Source of the DNA: Daphnia carinata
Taxonomy: Eukaryota
DNA length: 64,000 nt
NCBI RefSeq assembly: GCF_022539665.2
Contig: NC_081331.1
Coordinates: 11,904,001 to 11,968,000 of the forward strand
Direction of reading: 5' to 3'
Below the pieces are notes generated by a model. That model searched no databases. It saw only the letters and a list, made by a program, of their open reading frames with translations, and was not told the origin of the DNA. The position numbers and the translations under genes were made by a program. This document shows positions 52,801 to 64,000 of the stretch, one piece after another. Every line of letters starts with the position of its first letter. The stretch's first letter is position 1.

Positions 52801-55800
52801 GATCGGCATGTACCGATGATACTCAAATGTAGCTAATATGCTCCATTGTATCTTTCATTTCACTTTGAGATGCATGTTGTACTTTCTTTGTGTTTTTCAT
52901 ATCTTTTCATTCCCAATCATAGCCTTATTCATTTTCATTGTGTCAGACGTACATATTTTCTCTTTCGTTCGCCAGCTATAGCGTTTTGTCTTTGTTTTCT
53001 AAACAAGAACAGCGTGCCACGTTCACCACTTTGTGTGGATCTTCAGTAAGGGGACACGCGATGGCACATAAAAGAAAGGTTTTACCGGATGCGAAACAAA
53101 TTACTTTTGCTACACGGTAAGAAATGGACCAGGCTATTGACTCTCGGAGCTGTTTGATGCCGTTTCACGGAAGTGACAAACGTGATTGGTTGATTGATGG
53201 CTCAGACAAGAGGCAAAGTTAATTGCGTCGCCGCCTTTAAAAAAAAAAAGATTTTCTTTGACTTCCTAGTTTCTGATGTGACATGATCCGGCTTTGCACT
53301 TAATTGAAAAATTTCAATATTCTTTTAATTTATTTTTCGAAATTTATTTTCTCGGCTGTGTTGGGTCTACGCTACAATGGCATGGAATATTCACTAACGC
53401 AGGTGGCGCACACAGTATCGATTTGGCTGACTCTGTCGCTCGCCTTCTGGCGCTACGAAGTACTGAAAAACGGAAGGCACCAACGTCGTAAAAACGGACG
53501 TCGTTGTCACCAGGTACGAAATTGCAAAAAAAAAAATAGAACAAAAAAAAGCAAAAGCTCATTTATGTTTTCAATTTGCTGGGATTTACTTCCTGTTTTT
53601 CATGCATGTTCACGGTTAATGGCAGGAGCGCTGTACGCGAACCATCGCCATGGCTTACATTGGTTCCGTCTTACTTTGCATACCATCGTTTATCACCTTC
53701 GGCATACAGTCGGAGCCAATCAAAAACAATGATTTTACGAATAACCAAACCTTATCAAAAGCTTCTTCATGGGGATCGTCTACCTCACAGCCACTGCAGC
53801 CTGACGTCGTCATATACAAAGTGGATTTGAACCGCATCGCCAAAAACCACGATGGCATCATTCACAAGGTACAGCTTGCAGTAAAAAATCTTGTTACTTC
53901 GTCTCGGAAACAAACAATGAGCCTTACAACGAATACGTGTATTGCTGCGGCTATGCATGTTGGCCTATTAGAGGCATTGTATAACGAAAAACGATAGTTT
54001 GACGTCAATCCTCATATTACGGGCCTCTGTTTGGCATCTGTTTACGGTTTTCCCATGTAACACAAGTGCCTCCAAGGAATATCTATAACTTCATTCTTCC
54101 AATCGCTTTGGAATTTATCTTATTAATTTGGATACCTGACTAAAGTTTCATCATGCAGATTCGAATTTTATATTGTCGGAACAGCTGAACAGACGTCAAC
54201 ACAAGAATTCAAAGAACATTCTTCGTTTGTTCTCGCGTACCATTGAGCTATGCTACGTCAATGCAAGAGCATTCGCACAACGGCCTTTTTCTTTTTTTTT
54301 TTGTTTTGGTCGTCTTATATTATCTGTTTTACAAGCTTAAATTAAAAATGTTTCAACGAGTGCGAGTTCAGCGTCCACATTTAAAAGCCATTATGCTTCT
54401 ACTACTATATAATTCATTCTTTTTTTAGCAAGGATGAATTTAAACACAGCGCATACGCACCAGGTGAATTTTAGATACCACTATGCACTACAAAGTAGAC
54501 ATAAATTAATTCTCCGTTGCTGTGCAGTAGTCTGCAGAAGCCGGCTTTAGTCTTGAACTATAGGAAACAAAGTTGGAAAAGAGAGCAACGGGAAATTGAT
54601 TATTTATGGCCATATCCTCCGTGTATATGTTAAATAAAACGTTAAATTCAGTGTAATCTCAGCGTTTTCAATCGAAAACCGAATACCCTTCAACATAAAA
54701 ATGGCATTAAAAACCTGTCAAAAAATGAATAATCCCACTTCGTTGATAGATACGTTAGAGAAAGGATAGCTGAAGCTTTGAGTACTTACTCTATGACTCA
54801 TGTTCCAAGCCCTCATACAGGCACTGATCTACCAAATCCCCCCGTCTCTCGTCTTGTTATTCCATTTAGTAGTAGTAATGCTTCGCACCGTTATTGATAT
54901 CATTGTCATTTGACAAATTAATCTTCTCGTTTGATACAGCGCGGCCTCGTGTTTCATCCTTTCCGAATTCCCATTAATTGTTGAACTAGATGCTTCTAAA
55001 CATCAGCACTGGCAACAGATTCTAACCAGCTAGCTCTCATTCCTATATGTAATATAAACTAAATTTGGGAAAGAGCTAGCCTATTCCAAGCAACCTAATA
55101 AGGAGGCCAGCCTGTGATGCTTTTGCTACTTCATTGACGTACAAGCAAAAATTGCGCCTACGGAGTTAGACATGTATAGCGCATTTGGAACAACTTTGCT
55201 GTAGGATGCCCTGTACAAGGAATTGCGGGCTTCTCCATTTATGTACGTCTTTAGTAGCGCACATATCAAACAGAAATCGTCTTTCATCTGACCCACCAGT
55301 TCGCCCGTCAACCTTTTCGTAAGACGTCATATTTTTTGCAATCTAATTATATATGGATCGATATTAAGCGACACGCTCTATATCTCCCTCTCTTTACTTA
55401 TTATTAGTGTGACGTTCACGGGGAGCACATAGCGCAGAAGGTACAAAATATATTTCTCTCTTGAAGCAAATTAACCATTCGATGTGGGACGCTGCAGCGT
55501 GAGTTGAAAAGAAAGAAGCGGACACGCCAGAAAAAAATAATAGAGCCCTCCTAAAGGGTGATTGGTGAGAGAGCCATTATAAAATAATCGTGGCCCTGAA
55601 TAAATGAGCGATGGACGAAAGGGATCAGCGGACCTCCAGTCCAATTGAAAAATAAATTCTCGTAAAATATCAGTTGCTCGTTGAACCTAATTGGTTTCCA
55701 CAGTTTTGGCAAATTAGTGGTAAGAGTCGTCGTGCGAGAGAGTATATCTGCGTATTGATTCATCACGGAACAACAGGTCTTTCTTGAATAACGAAACGTT

Positions 55801-57938
55801 AGAGAATCGGCAAAAAACTGTCGCGTGCGAGCTGAATGCATTCTCCAATGCACGCTGATCTTTTCATTAAAAGATAACGTATTCCATTGTTAATTTCAGG
55901 CCCATTTGTGGGCGTACTCGGTCGTCATGAAACTGGGACCTTGTCTGGTGTTGACGGGTAAGTGTTGAAATGAAATTCGCGTGTGTTTTCACTGTCACAT
56001 TTCCGACTGTCGCTATACGCTCTGAAATAGTGAGTAAAAAAACGAGAAAAGCGAGCGATGCAATATTTTATTATTCGTGTTCGTAACTGACAGTTTCCTG
56101 TTTGTGCGAAATCAGTGCTGACTTGCTGGCTGGTGCGAAGACTTTGGGAAGCTGAAAGACATCACCAGTCACTGACTGCCAAACTAAACAATGACGGCCG
56201 CGAACACCAGCGTCAAGAGCAACACCCACAACAACAACAACATCAGCATCAACAACAGGGACCAATGCCGATACAGCCGAAACCAGTTACTCCGTTGCTA
56301 CGGACCCGTCATGAAAACGTCAACCAAGTCAGTTTTGTTTTTTTCTTCACACTCCTTTGTGATGTAGTACCCTAAGCCAATGGGATCTGTTTGTATTGAA
56401 CAAAACTACAAAATCTAACGTGATGTACGTATATATACAGTATAACTTTGTGGTTGGCAACTTCCCGCTTCGCGAGTCGTGACACGAATATTTGGAAACA
56501 ACGCAATCATTGCTATCGTATAGCTACTTAGCGTTGCCTGCAAACCCTAACTCGATTTTGGAGGATGCCCGTCGTACGTCAGTTGATTCAATTACTTTTT
56601 TCTGATGACGACGCTCGCCAACTTTGTTTGGCCAAGAATAGTTGCAATCTCGAGGTAGAATTAGCGTTTACCAAACGCAATCTCACGAAAAAGAGCTCGT
56701 TTTAATATCACCCCCCTGTTGGTTGAAACGGGAGACAGCCAAGAAATATTTGAACCGAAAACAGAATGATTGATTTCCTTTCTCGTGAAGCTGCGCTCCT
56801 TTTTCGAAATATTTAAAATTCACTCTAGATTAAACAAACATTTCATCATTTTTCGTCATATTGGAACTCGATTGTGTCTTTGTTTAACCCGCACTTTTAG
56901 CGCATTGAAAAACATAAGAATAGCGAATTCAACAAACGACGAATTGGGAGTGTCTCGTGACGGTTTCAACTGCGTACGTGCCATTACTTGCTTGCGTGTG
57001 GGAAACAAAGAAAGCTACGCCGTATCACATCGACGAATGCATGATATCTAAGAACAAAAATAAAATATCAACCGTTCCGTAACTTGATTTATTATTTTAT
57101 CCCTTTGAATGTTACCGGCATGCAGATCAGCCTGACTCAGCAACTGGAGATGAGGCAACTCAACTCGGACATGAATCGTGATGCGGGTGTCCAGATCATA
57201 GTAACAGAAGCTGCGATCGCCGACAATATCGAACCGTCTAGCGACACCCGCATCGTGAAACGTCCCTCGCTGACGGCGATCACATTGAGCAGTGGCGATG
57301 CCCTACGAAATCGTCAATCAGAACTTGTTATTCCGAGCCGCCATCGTCGCAAACTTTCGGTGGTAGAGTTTAGCAGCATCGTTATGTCGACTGCTTCGAC
57401 TTGTTGTGATCGTGAGGACGGTGGTGTGAAAACGGATGCCGAATCTGAAGCAGCGACGGTCGTCGATAACGAAGAGACTGTGCTGGATGCATCAGCGGCG
57501 CCACACTCTCACGTGACTACCCTAAATTCAACCAAATCGTTGCGGCACAAACATCAAACGGATAGAACAACGCGCATGTTAGTGGCCGTATTGGTTCTCT
57601 TCCTAGTGACGGAAATCCCGCAAGGAGTGATGGCGCTGCTAAGCGGTGTTCTCGGACGTCAATTTTTCATCAAATGTTATTCGACCGGCATGGGGGAAAT
57701 CCTGGATCTGCTTGCACTGCTCAATTCGGCAATCAACTTCCTGTTATATTGTTCGATGAGCCGTCAATTCCGCCGAGCTGCCCGCTCTCAATTCCGGCGA
57801 TTTTTTGGCACAATGACGGGCGGAAACGACTGTCACGGTGGCTCACCAGTCGACTGCTTCTTTCGGCCCAAGCTCCTGACTCAACCACTACCCATCAACA
57901 TTTCACCATCCAATCCGACTAGATGCACCCAGCTTTAA
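49845..57938 (+). CDS. Class A neuropeptide GPCR, myosuppressin receptor/dmsr-1-like; 6 exons
   Basis: Exons 49845-50378, 53403-53513, 53626-53868, 55900-55957, 56115-56327, 57126-57938. Motifs HGILSLIICLAGCLANIVNIVVLSRREL, INRILCSLAVAD, FVLFHAHFTL|VAHTVSIWLTLSLAFWRY, WAYSVVMKLGPCLVLT, TDRTTRMLVAVLVLFLVTEIPQG, DLLALLNSAINFLLYCSMSRQFR. Confidence 0.9.
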
Positions 57939-60859
57939 ATCATTATTCAAGCACTGTAATTTTGCCCATGCCTAATGCCATCGTATTGTCTAATGTGTTC
58001 ATATTATTTGAAGAGAATGGGCCATTTTTATTTGCTGTTAATGCAATTTTCATTGTTGTAAACAAATGAAAAAGACAAAACTTATCATTAAAATGGGAAA
58101 CATCTTGATCAATCAGGTTACTGTTCATAGACAGAAGTATTCTTACAACCAGCGAGCGGTTTTAATTGCTTAAAAGAAGAAAATTTGGTAATGGTAAAAA
58201 AATTCTACCATTTTTGTCTCGTATTGATTTCTTTTTTTTTATCGTCTTACTGCTTTTAGAAATAAAACGCAGTGGTCCAAGGCCTGAATGGGGTATGAGA
58301 CGCTAATGTCATTTTTATAAAAGACGTGAAGGAATAAGAAATAACTGAAAAAGATGACCAGCATAACAGAGTACACTATACCATTATGATCTGCTGAAAA
58401 AGCATGCGTGAATGTGTTTGGAGCAATTGACATATAACCGTGAATGAATTGCGTGAATGCGCAACAATTATTACGTATTTAACTGATTTTTACAAATAAA
58501 TAAATACAATATTTGGCAAAATTATCTTATTGCATTGCAACGTCTTCAATTGGAAAGGCACCATTTGAATGAGTAAAACTCAAGCAACTCGATTACAACG
58601 AGTCCTACTATTCCGCGTACGCCCCATGCGAAATGACAAACTCAAGTTGATTACAGAAGCGTTATAATGGCAACCTGTATACGTCTGTTAATAGAGACTG
58701 GGTGTAGGTTGATCAACTGAACATTGTATTCTTAATATAGGGGTCTAACTAATCAGTACAAGCAATCTCAAACTTGTGTGTACACCGAATTTCCTCCGTG
58801 TATTTTTCTGCACGTCCCCGTCCCGTCTTTACAGTCTCAAGTGCTGATTCGCCCAGTCGAGGGAATACTACAAGAGAGGCAAAGAAAAGAAACGAAGATG
58901 AATCGGAATGATGATGACGGGAGATGGCGGCAAATCGAACGGAAACTTGGCGATAAGGAGTAGCGGAAATCTCATTACGAGCCCTTCTCTTGCCCAGCAG
59001 GCTCTTCTACAAAGTCTCATCCGCTACGTTCCACCACATTCCATCCAATGGTCCGCTGAAAAGCCTTCGGCTGTCACAGATTGCGATACACCGAAACGCA
59101 AGTTGCTCGTTATTTCCGTTGATTATCTGATTGACAGCCGATAATCGGCCGTCGTACGTATTGGCACAAACACTAACGCTGATAGCGTAATCAGGGTTAT
59201 GTTTACATGGCTGCAGAAATGATAGAACAATTACCGTTCAACATCTGGTTGGGTATTGAAAGAAAGTATGTACAACGTATGTGTTTTCCTAATTTACATA
59301 ACTGTAAAAGAAAAGAGTGCTTGTCGATTAAAGATGTCCCCGTTCATACGCCAGAGGGTACACAAAGGCTTACAAAAATTTACCCAGTGGCACCGAAGTA
59401 TGTCATCATAATGTACTAAGCAGAGAAAAAGAGTTGGGAGAATGCGACCCTGGCGATTCTTTATCCGCTTTGTTTTCCATTTTGCATAAGCTCCATGTGC
59501 GGTAAGAAAAATCAATGGACGAAATATCTCTGTATGTTTTCGTGAGTGTTCTGTGTTTAGGAAGGAAGCCGAACGACGCGCCTGCGTCATGACGTTACGT
59601 CGCCATTAAAGCCATTCTGAAAAGGAGAGGGAAAAAAAGGAAGACTTGCGTACTACGAACGTGAGCGTTCGTTTCCAATCTATGTCCCGTCTGCTTCTCT
59701 CTCTCTCTCTACCGCCTAGGTGGTCGTGACATTGGCAAGGTTTGCGTTACTTTGTTCCTACTTCATCATCGCTGAGTTGCTTTACTTCAGAGCAGATCAC
59801 TTTTCTTTCTCGCAGTGGCCTAGGTTTTTATATGACATCACCATTCGTCGACGTTCTTACAACGAGTCATCCACTTGATCACTCGACTCGTCCACTAGTT
59901 TCCATACAAAAGCAAAAGTGACAAAAAGGGAGGAACCGCTTCTCAACAGCGTGATCAGTTGTTGTGTTGTTGTTCGTGAATCACTTGAATCAATCTACAG
60001 TACGCACCGTCTGGATGTGGCAACCCAAAAAAACGGAAATCATAATTGAACAAGGTGAATCAGACAAGAATTGTGTGCAAAAAAGAAAGGCTGTTGAACT
60101 GCTTGGTAAATGAGGAAAATGTCGATTGATACGGTGGGGAAGTCATGTAGAAAGCAACCATCGTCTTGGTGAACCATGGCCGCCGCCATCAACCCACAAG
60201 GGCCAGCTGCTGGGGCGCTGCTTCCGCCGCCAATGCTGCTCAACAACGCTCCGTATCCTACCAACGCTTCTATTGTTGCAGCCACTCGTACACAAGCTTT
60301 CCGATCGATAATCAGTTGATATCATCTCGTCGGCAGAGAGGATGGTGAGTGTTTCGCCAGTTTGAATAGCTGCCAGAGTTTCAAGGTCTCCTTATTCGTT
60401 ATGCACTTCACACCTCCTATACCAGCTGGCATATGTCTATCACACTGGTAATAGACAAACACTTCGTTGATAAGCGCCCATACCTTTGGCACTGATTTGT
60501 TTTGACATTCCGGCCGTGTTTCACTACCCTTTGTCTTTTTTTTTCTTTCTATGGAAGATAAAGGGTGTTAGTCTTTTTTTTCTTCAATGGGTTGTGTGTT
60601 TTGTTATGCAACTGTGTATTTTTGTTTTGCCTTTCGCAATTGCTATAGGTGGTGGTGGCAAAGACGACAACACACTGCTGCTGGATCGTCTGCTCCTGTT
60701 CGATGTTGTTGCTGCATTTTGCGCATTGCGGCTACAAGTTTCACCATACCGTATAATATAGTCTTCCCTTTTTTTTGGTCATTTCTTTCTGTCTCACGAC
60801 GGATAAGATATAATCAGAAGGGGAAGAAATAAAACAATAACAAAATAACACAAAAAAAA

Positions 60860-63800
60860 ATGGAAGAAGAAGAAGATCGGCAAAGTTTACCGTTGAACAT
60901 TGATATGGTTGGCCAAGTGCTTCACGGGTCAGACATGAACCGTTCGTCGCTTGACGAGCTCCTGGAATCGGTGGAAGTGATGATAGGCGTTAACGGTGAC
61001 GAGTTCGCTACGCCCGTCTCGATCCTGAACGGACCGTTCCAGGCCGCATTGCTGGCCTTGTTGGTTGTGCTGTCGATCGGCGCCAACGCCTGCGTCATCA
61101 ACAATATCCGGCACAACTGCATCAAATTGCGTTCCACTCACTTCATCCTCATCCAGCATTTGTGCATGGCCGACCTGATCGGCGCTTCATTGATCCTTCC
61201 CGCTCCACTGGTCACCTCCTTCCGCGGACGGTGGGAAGGAGGCTCCAATCTCTGCCACCTCTCCAGCGTCGTCAACGTCTCCCTCTGGCTCCAGCACGTC
61301 TTCATGTTCCTCATGCTCAAGGTAAAATATCTTTGTTAAACATATAGTTTATACCTATCACCGTACACAGTATAGATCTCAGAGAATGCGCTAGACCGAT
61401 TATTCTCAATATATCACTGCTGCTAACCAACGAGTGTCTATTATACCTTCGCTTCACCCTCCTTTTCTTTCTATTTCTTTTCTCCTCTTTTTTGCTTCTT
61501 CCGCTTGCTTGCTTCAATCTTTGCCTTTACCTCTTTTTTTCTCTCGGATCGATTCATTCTCCACTTATTCGACTATGTTGCCATCACGCCAGTATTGATG
61601 GCGTGTGATCCCATAGATTCCTTCCCGTTTGATTGATTGCCAAAGGGCTTTCCTAACCATATGACGAAGCCCATTTTTTTAAGGAAGATTACTTTCGAAT
61701 TTGCAAGCCGTTTGCTGTGAATACCAGTCACAAATTGCGTATGTCGAGCTAAATGATTTGTATTTCAGAATTCCCATAGTTTACCTTCGCATTCTCTAAG
61801 TTAACAATAGAACAGCGGCTTAGTATGTTCGTATGGGAAGACGAGGACACGAGCTAATGAATTAATGAGTAATCCCTTTGTGCGAAGTTTCTCCTCAATG
61901 TTAAATCATTGCTCGAAGAAGAAAGAGATAGCGCTTGGGTACTTTCTTTATGTTACAAAAAAGCTATTCTTCCATACCGCTCATCCCGGATTACTCCTCA
62001 GTCGATCTCTTTTCATCTTCTCCCCCACCCCCCTTCTTTTTTTACCATGAAACCAAAAAAACTTTTTCTCCAGTTATTGACCGTCAGACCCACAGTTCTT
62101 GTGAGTTCGGTTTCTTTCTCCAAACGTCTACACATCGTGAGGTCTGCATATAAGTGTAAATATCGATTTAACTTGCAACCAAAAATCGGGTATAACAGAT
62201 GGCATGGAAGCGTATCGAAGAGTGACGCAAACGTATTTTGAGCTACATTTGAAAGCAGCGAACAGGTCTGTGATGAAAAAATTTCTGACGATACCACAAA
62301 ACCAGCCAGTTAGACATTTGCGAATTTTCACGGGAATACGATTCGTTGCTCGGTGCTGTTCGTGTGACCATTTGTGTTCGATTCGCGTTTTCCAGTAAAT
62401 TATTTTTGCCCTTTTCTCATGTGTACATCGATAGGATATCAGCTCCAGGATTACTGGCATCCTATATCAAATTTCGGGTTTCTTTTTATGTTCCATCTTC
62501 CCTTAGGCTTGCCAATATCACAGACTCTTTCCCTACAGGGCAAATAAAAGATGTACCTATATTCTTAGTGTTCCATTTGGTGTCAGTCTTCTGGGCCTAT
62601 CACTCGGCATTGAAAGGAGGCATAGCGATTGGTTCTTGTCTCTATCTTTTGTCATTCTTCGGGAAAAAAAAAAGAAAAACCGGGGACTGAATAGTGTATT
62701 TTCAGCATAGGTTTTTTTCCATCGACACGCACAATTCGAACCAAGGGCCTTCTGGCCAACTCAAGCGAATAGGCATTGCGTACACTTGGACGAATCCACA
62801 TATAACGTTGAGAACTTCAAGTAGCACACATTTGGCCGCTCTTATCAGACCACTCATTTTTTTTTCCTTAAAAAAAAAACGCGATGGAATATATTACTGT
62901 CTTGGCAGTTGTTTGGCTTTGTCAACTCCGACTGTTATTCTTTTTTTGCGGTCTCTTGAAATACTGTGGGTATGCGTCAAGAGAACATTTTTCGGTCACC
63001 TCTTTACGTATGCCGTTGTGTGCCAAATATGCCGCATGCTCTTACTTTGTTGTTGTGGTGCTTTTCTCTGCGGTTCTAAGTTCATATAGTCATTCAACTA
63101 GAGGAGATCTAGCAGCTCCTTCTCCCCCTTTTTTTAAGGGCTAAGTTCTTTTTACTTGGATGAACTCTAATTCTATTTTCAGGATCGTCGTGTTTTTCTA
63201 TGTCAACAGAACAGGAGTCCAACTTGTCGTCCTTGTTTATTGTTTCGGGTGCGCCTTTTTCAGGGATAGCCTAGGCAAAACGACGCAAACACATGACTGA
63301 TTCCAAAGCTAACTTTCTCTTCGTCACTGACAATCTCATCACATTTGTAGAATGTACAAAAAGTAAAAATTTGATTCGATCCAAGACGAACAAAACAAAG
63401 AAACCAAAAAGAAAAGAGCCAACCGTTTTTTTAGACGCTATAAGAAGTCAGCACGAGAACCTGTTTGTTTTAGTTTGTTTTGTTTTGTTGTTGTTAATTT
63501 CTAATTGCTAACGGCGTATACAAAAGAAAGAAAAGCTTATAACACCATTTGCTAACGGAAATGCAAGAATGGCGTACTAAGAAACACAAGTGAGCCATTC
63601 GCTTGGGTAGCTTTCTCCGACTAGCATTAATTTGATCGCAATTGCCAAGGCAACTGACGGTGAACGTTGGCTAGTGCGGCTCAAAACTACCGCGTCGATC
63701 TTATTCGTACTTATAAGTCACTATACGATTGGACAACTAGTCCATTTTTCCTTTCTTTCCCCTTTCTTTTCAAACGATTATCTTTGGCTGCATTGTTTTC

Positions 63801-64000
63801 TTGTTGTGTGTGTGTTTACTAAATAGCTATTGCGAAACATGGTTATTGCAGATTGATCGTGTTTTGGCCGCCACCCTGCCGATCGGCCGTTACCCTATCT
63901 GCACTCCTCGCGCCAGCCAATGGCTCGTCCTCCTGGCTTGGCTCCTGGCTTTAGCCATAGGAGCTGGCGTAACGAGCGCCGCTGGTGCCCGATTCGAGCC
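60860..64000 (+). CDS. Class A (rhodopsin-like) GPCR, 5' part, ligand class unknown; runs off the window
   Basis: Exon 60860-61321 (TM1 LVVLSIGANACV, TM2 HLCMADL, WEGGSNLC, TM3) splices in phase 0 to 63852-64000 (IDRVLAATLP..YP, TM4 LVLLAWLLALAIG). Confidence 0.85.

Overview
Eukaryotic, AT-rich, short-intron arthropod DNA; a Daphnia-like cladoceran is my inference from intron size, composition and gene content. There are four host genes: the 3' part of a RhoGEF2/ARHGEF11-12-type DH-PH gene (+, about 46-17211, with several candidate in-frame alternative first exons), a complete FAN/NSMAF BEACH-WD40 gene (-, 38987-42956), a myosuppressin-receptor/dmsr-1-like class A GPCR (+, 49845-57938) and the start of a second class A GPCR (+, 60860 to window end). 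Between RhoGEF and FAN lies a ~21 kb mobile-DNA complex. Its core is a non-autonomous DNA transposon family with TATGGCAATCC termini and a 6-bp TSD (GGATAT), which fits the IS3EU signature. One copy (19093-30954) has short TIRs, carries cargo and spans a 100-N gap with a ~2.47 kb overlap artefact. The other (32786-37795) is a 5 kb palindrome made of two ~2.25 kb left arms. Both carry a recurring non-coding module: divergently oriented tRNA-like heads, A-rich linkers and GC-rich hairpin clusters. This module is the best candidate for an undescribed system. No intact transposase was recognised. All splice models, folds and alignments were read by eye and are unverified.
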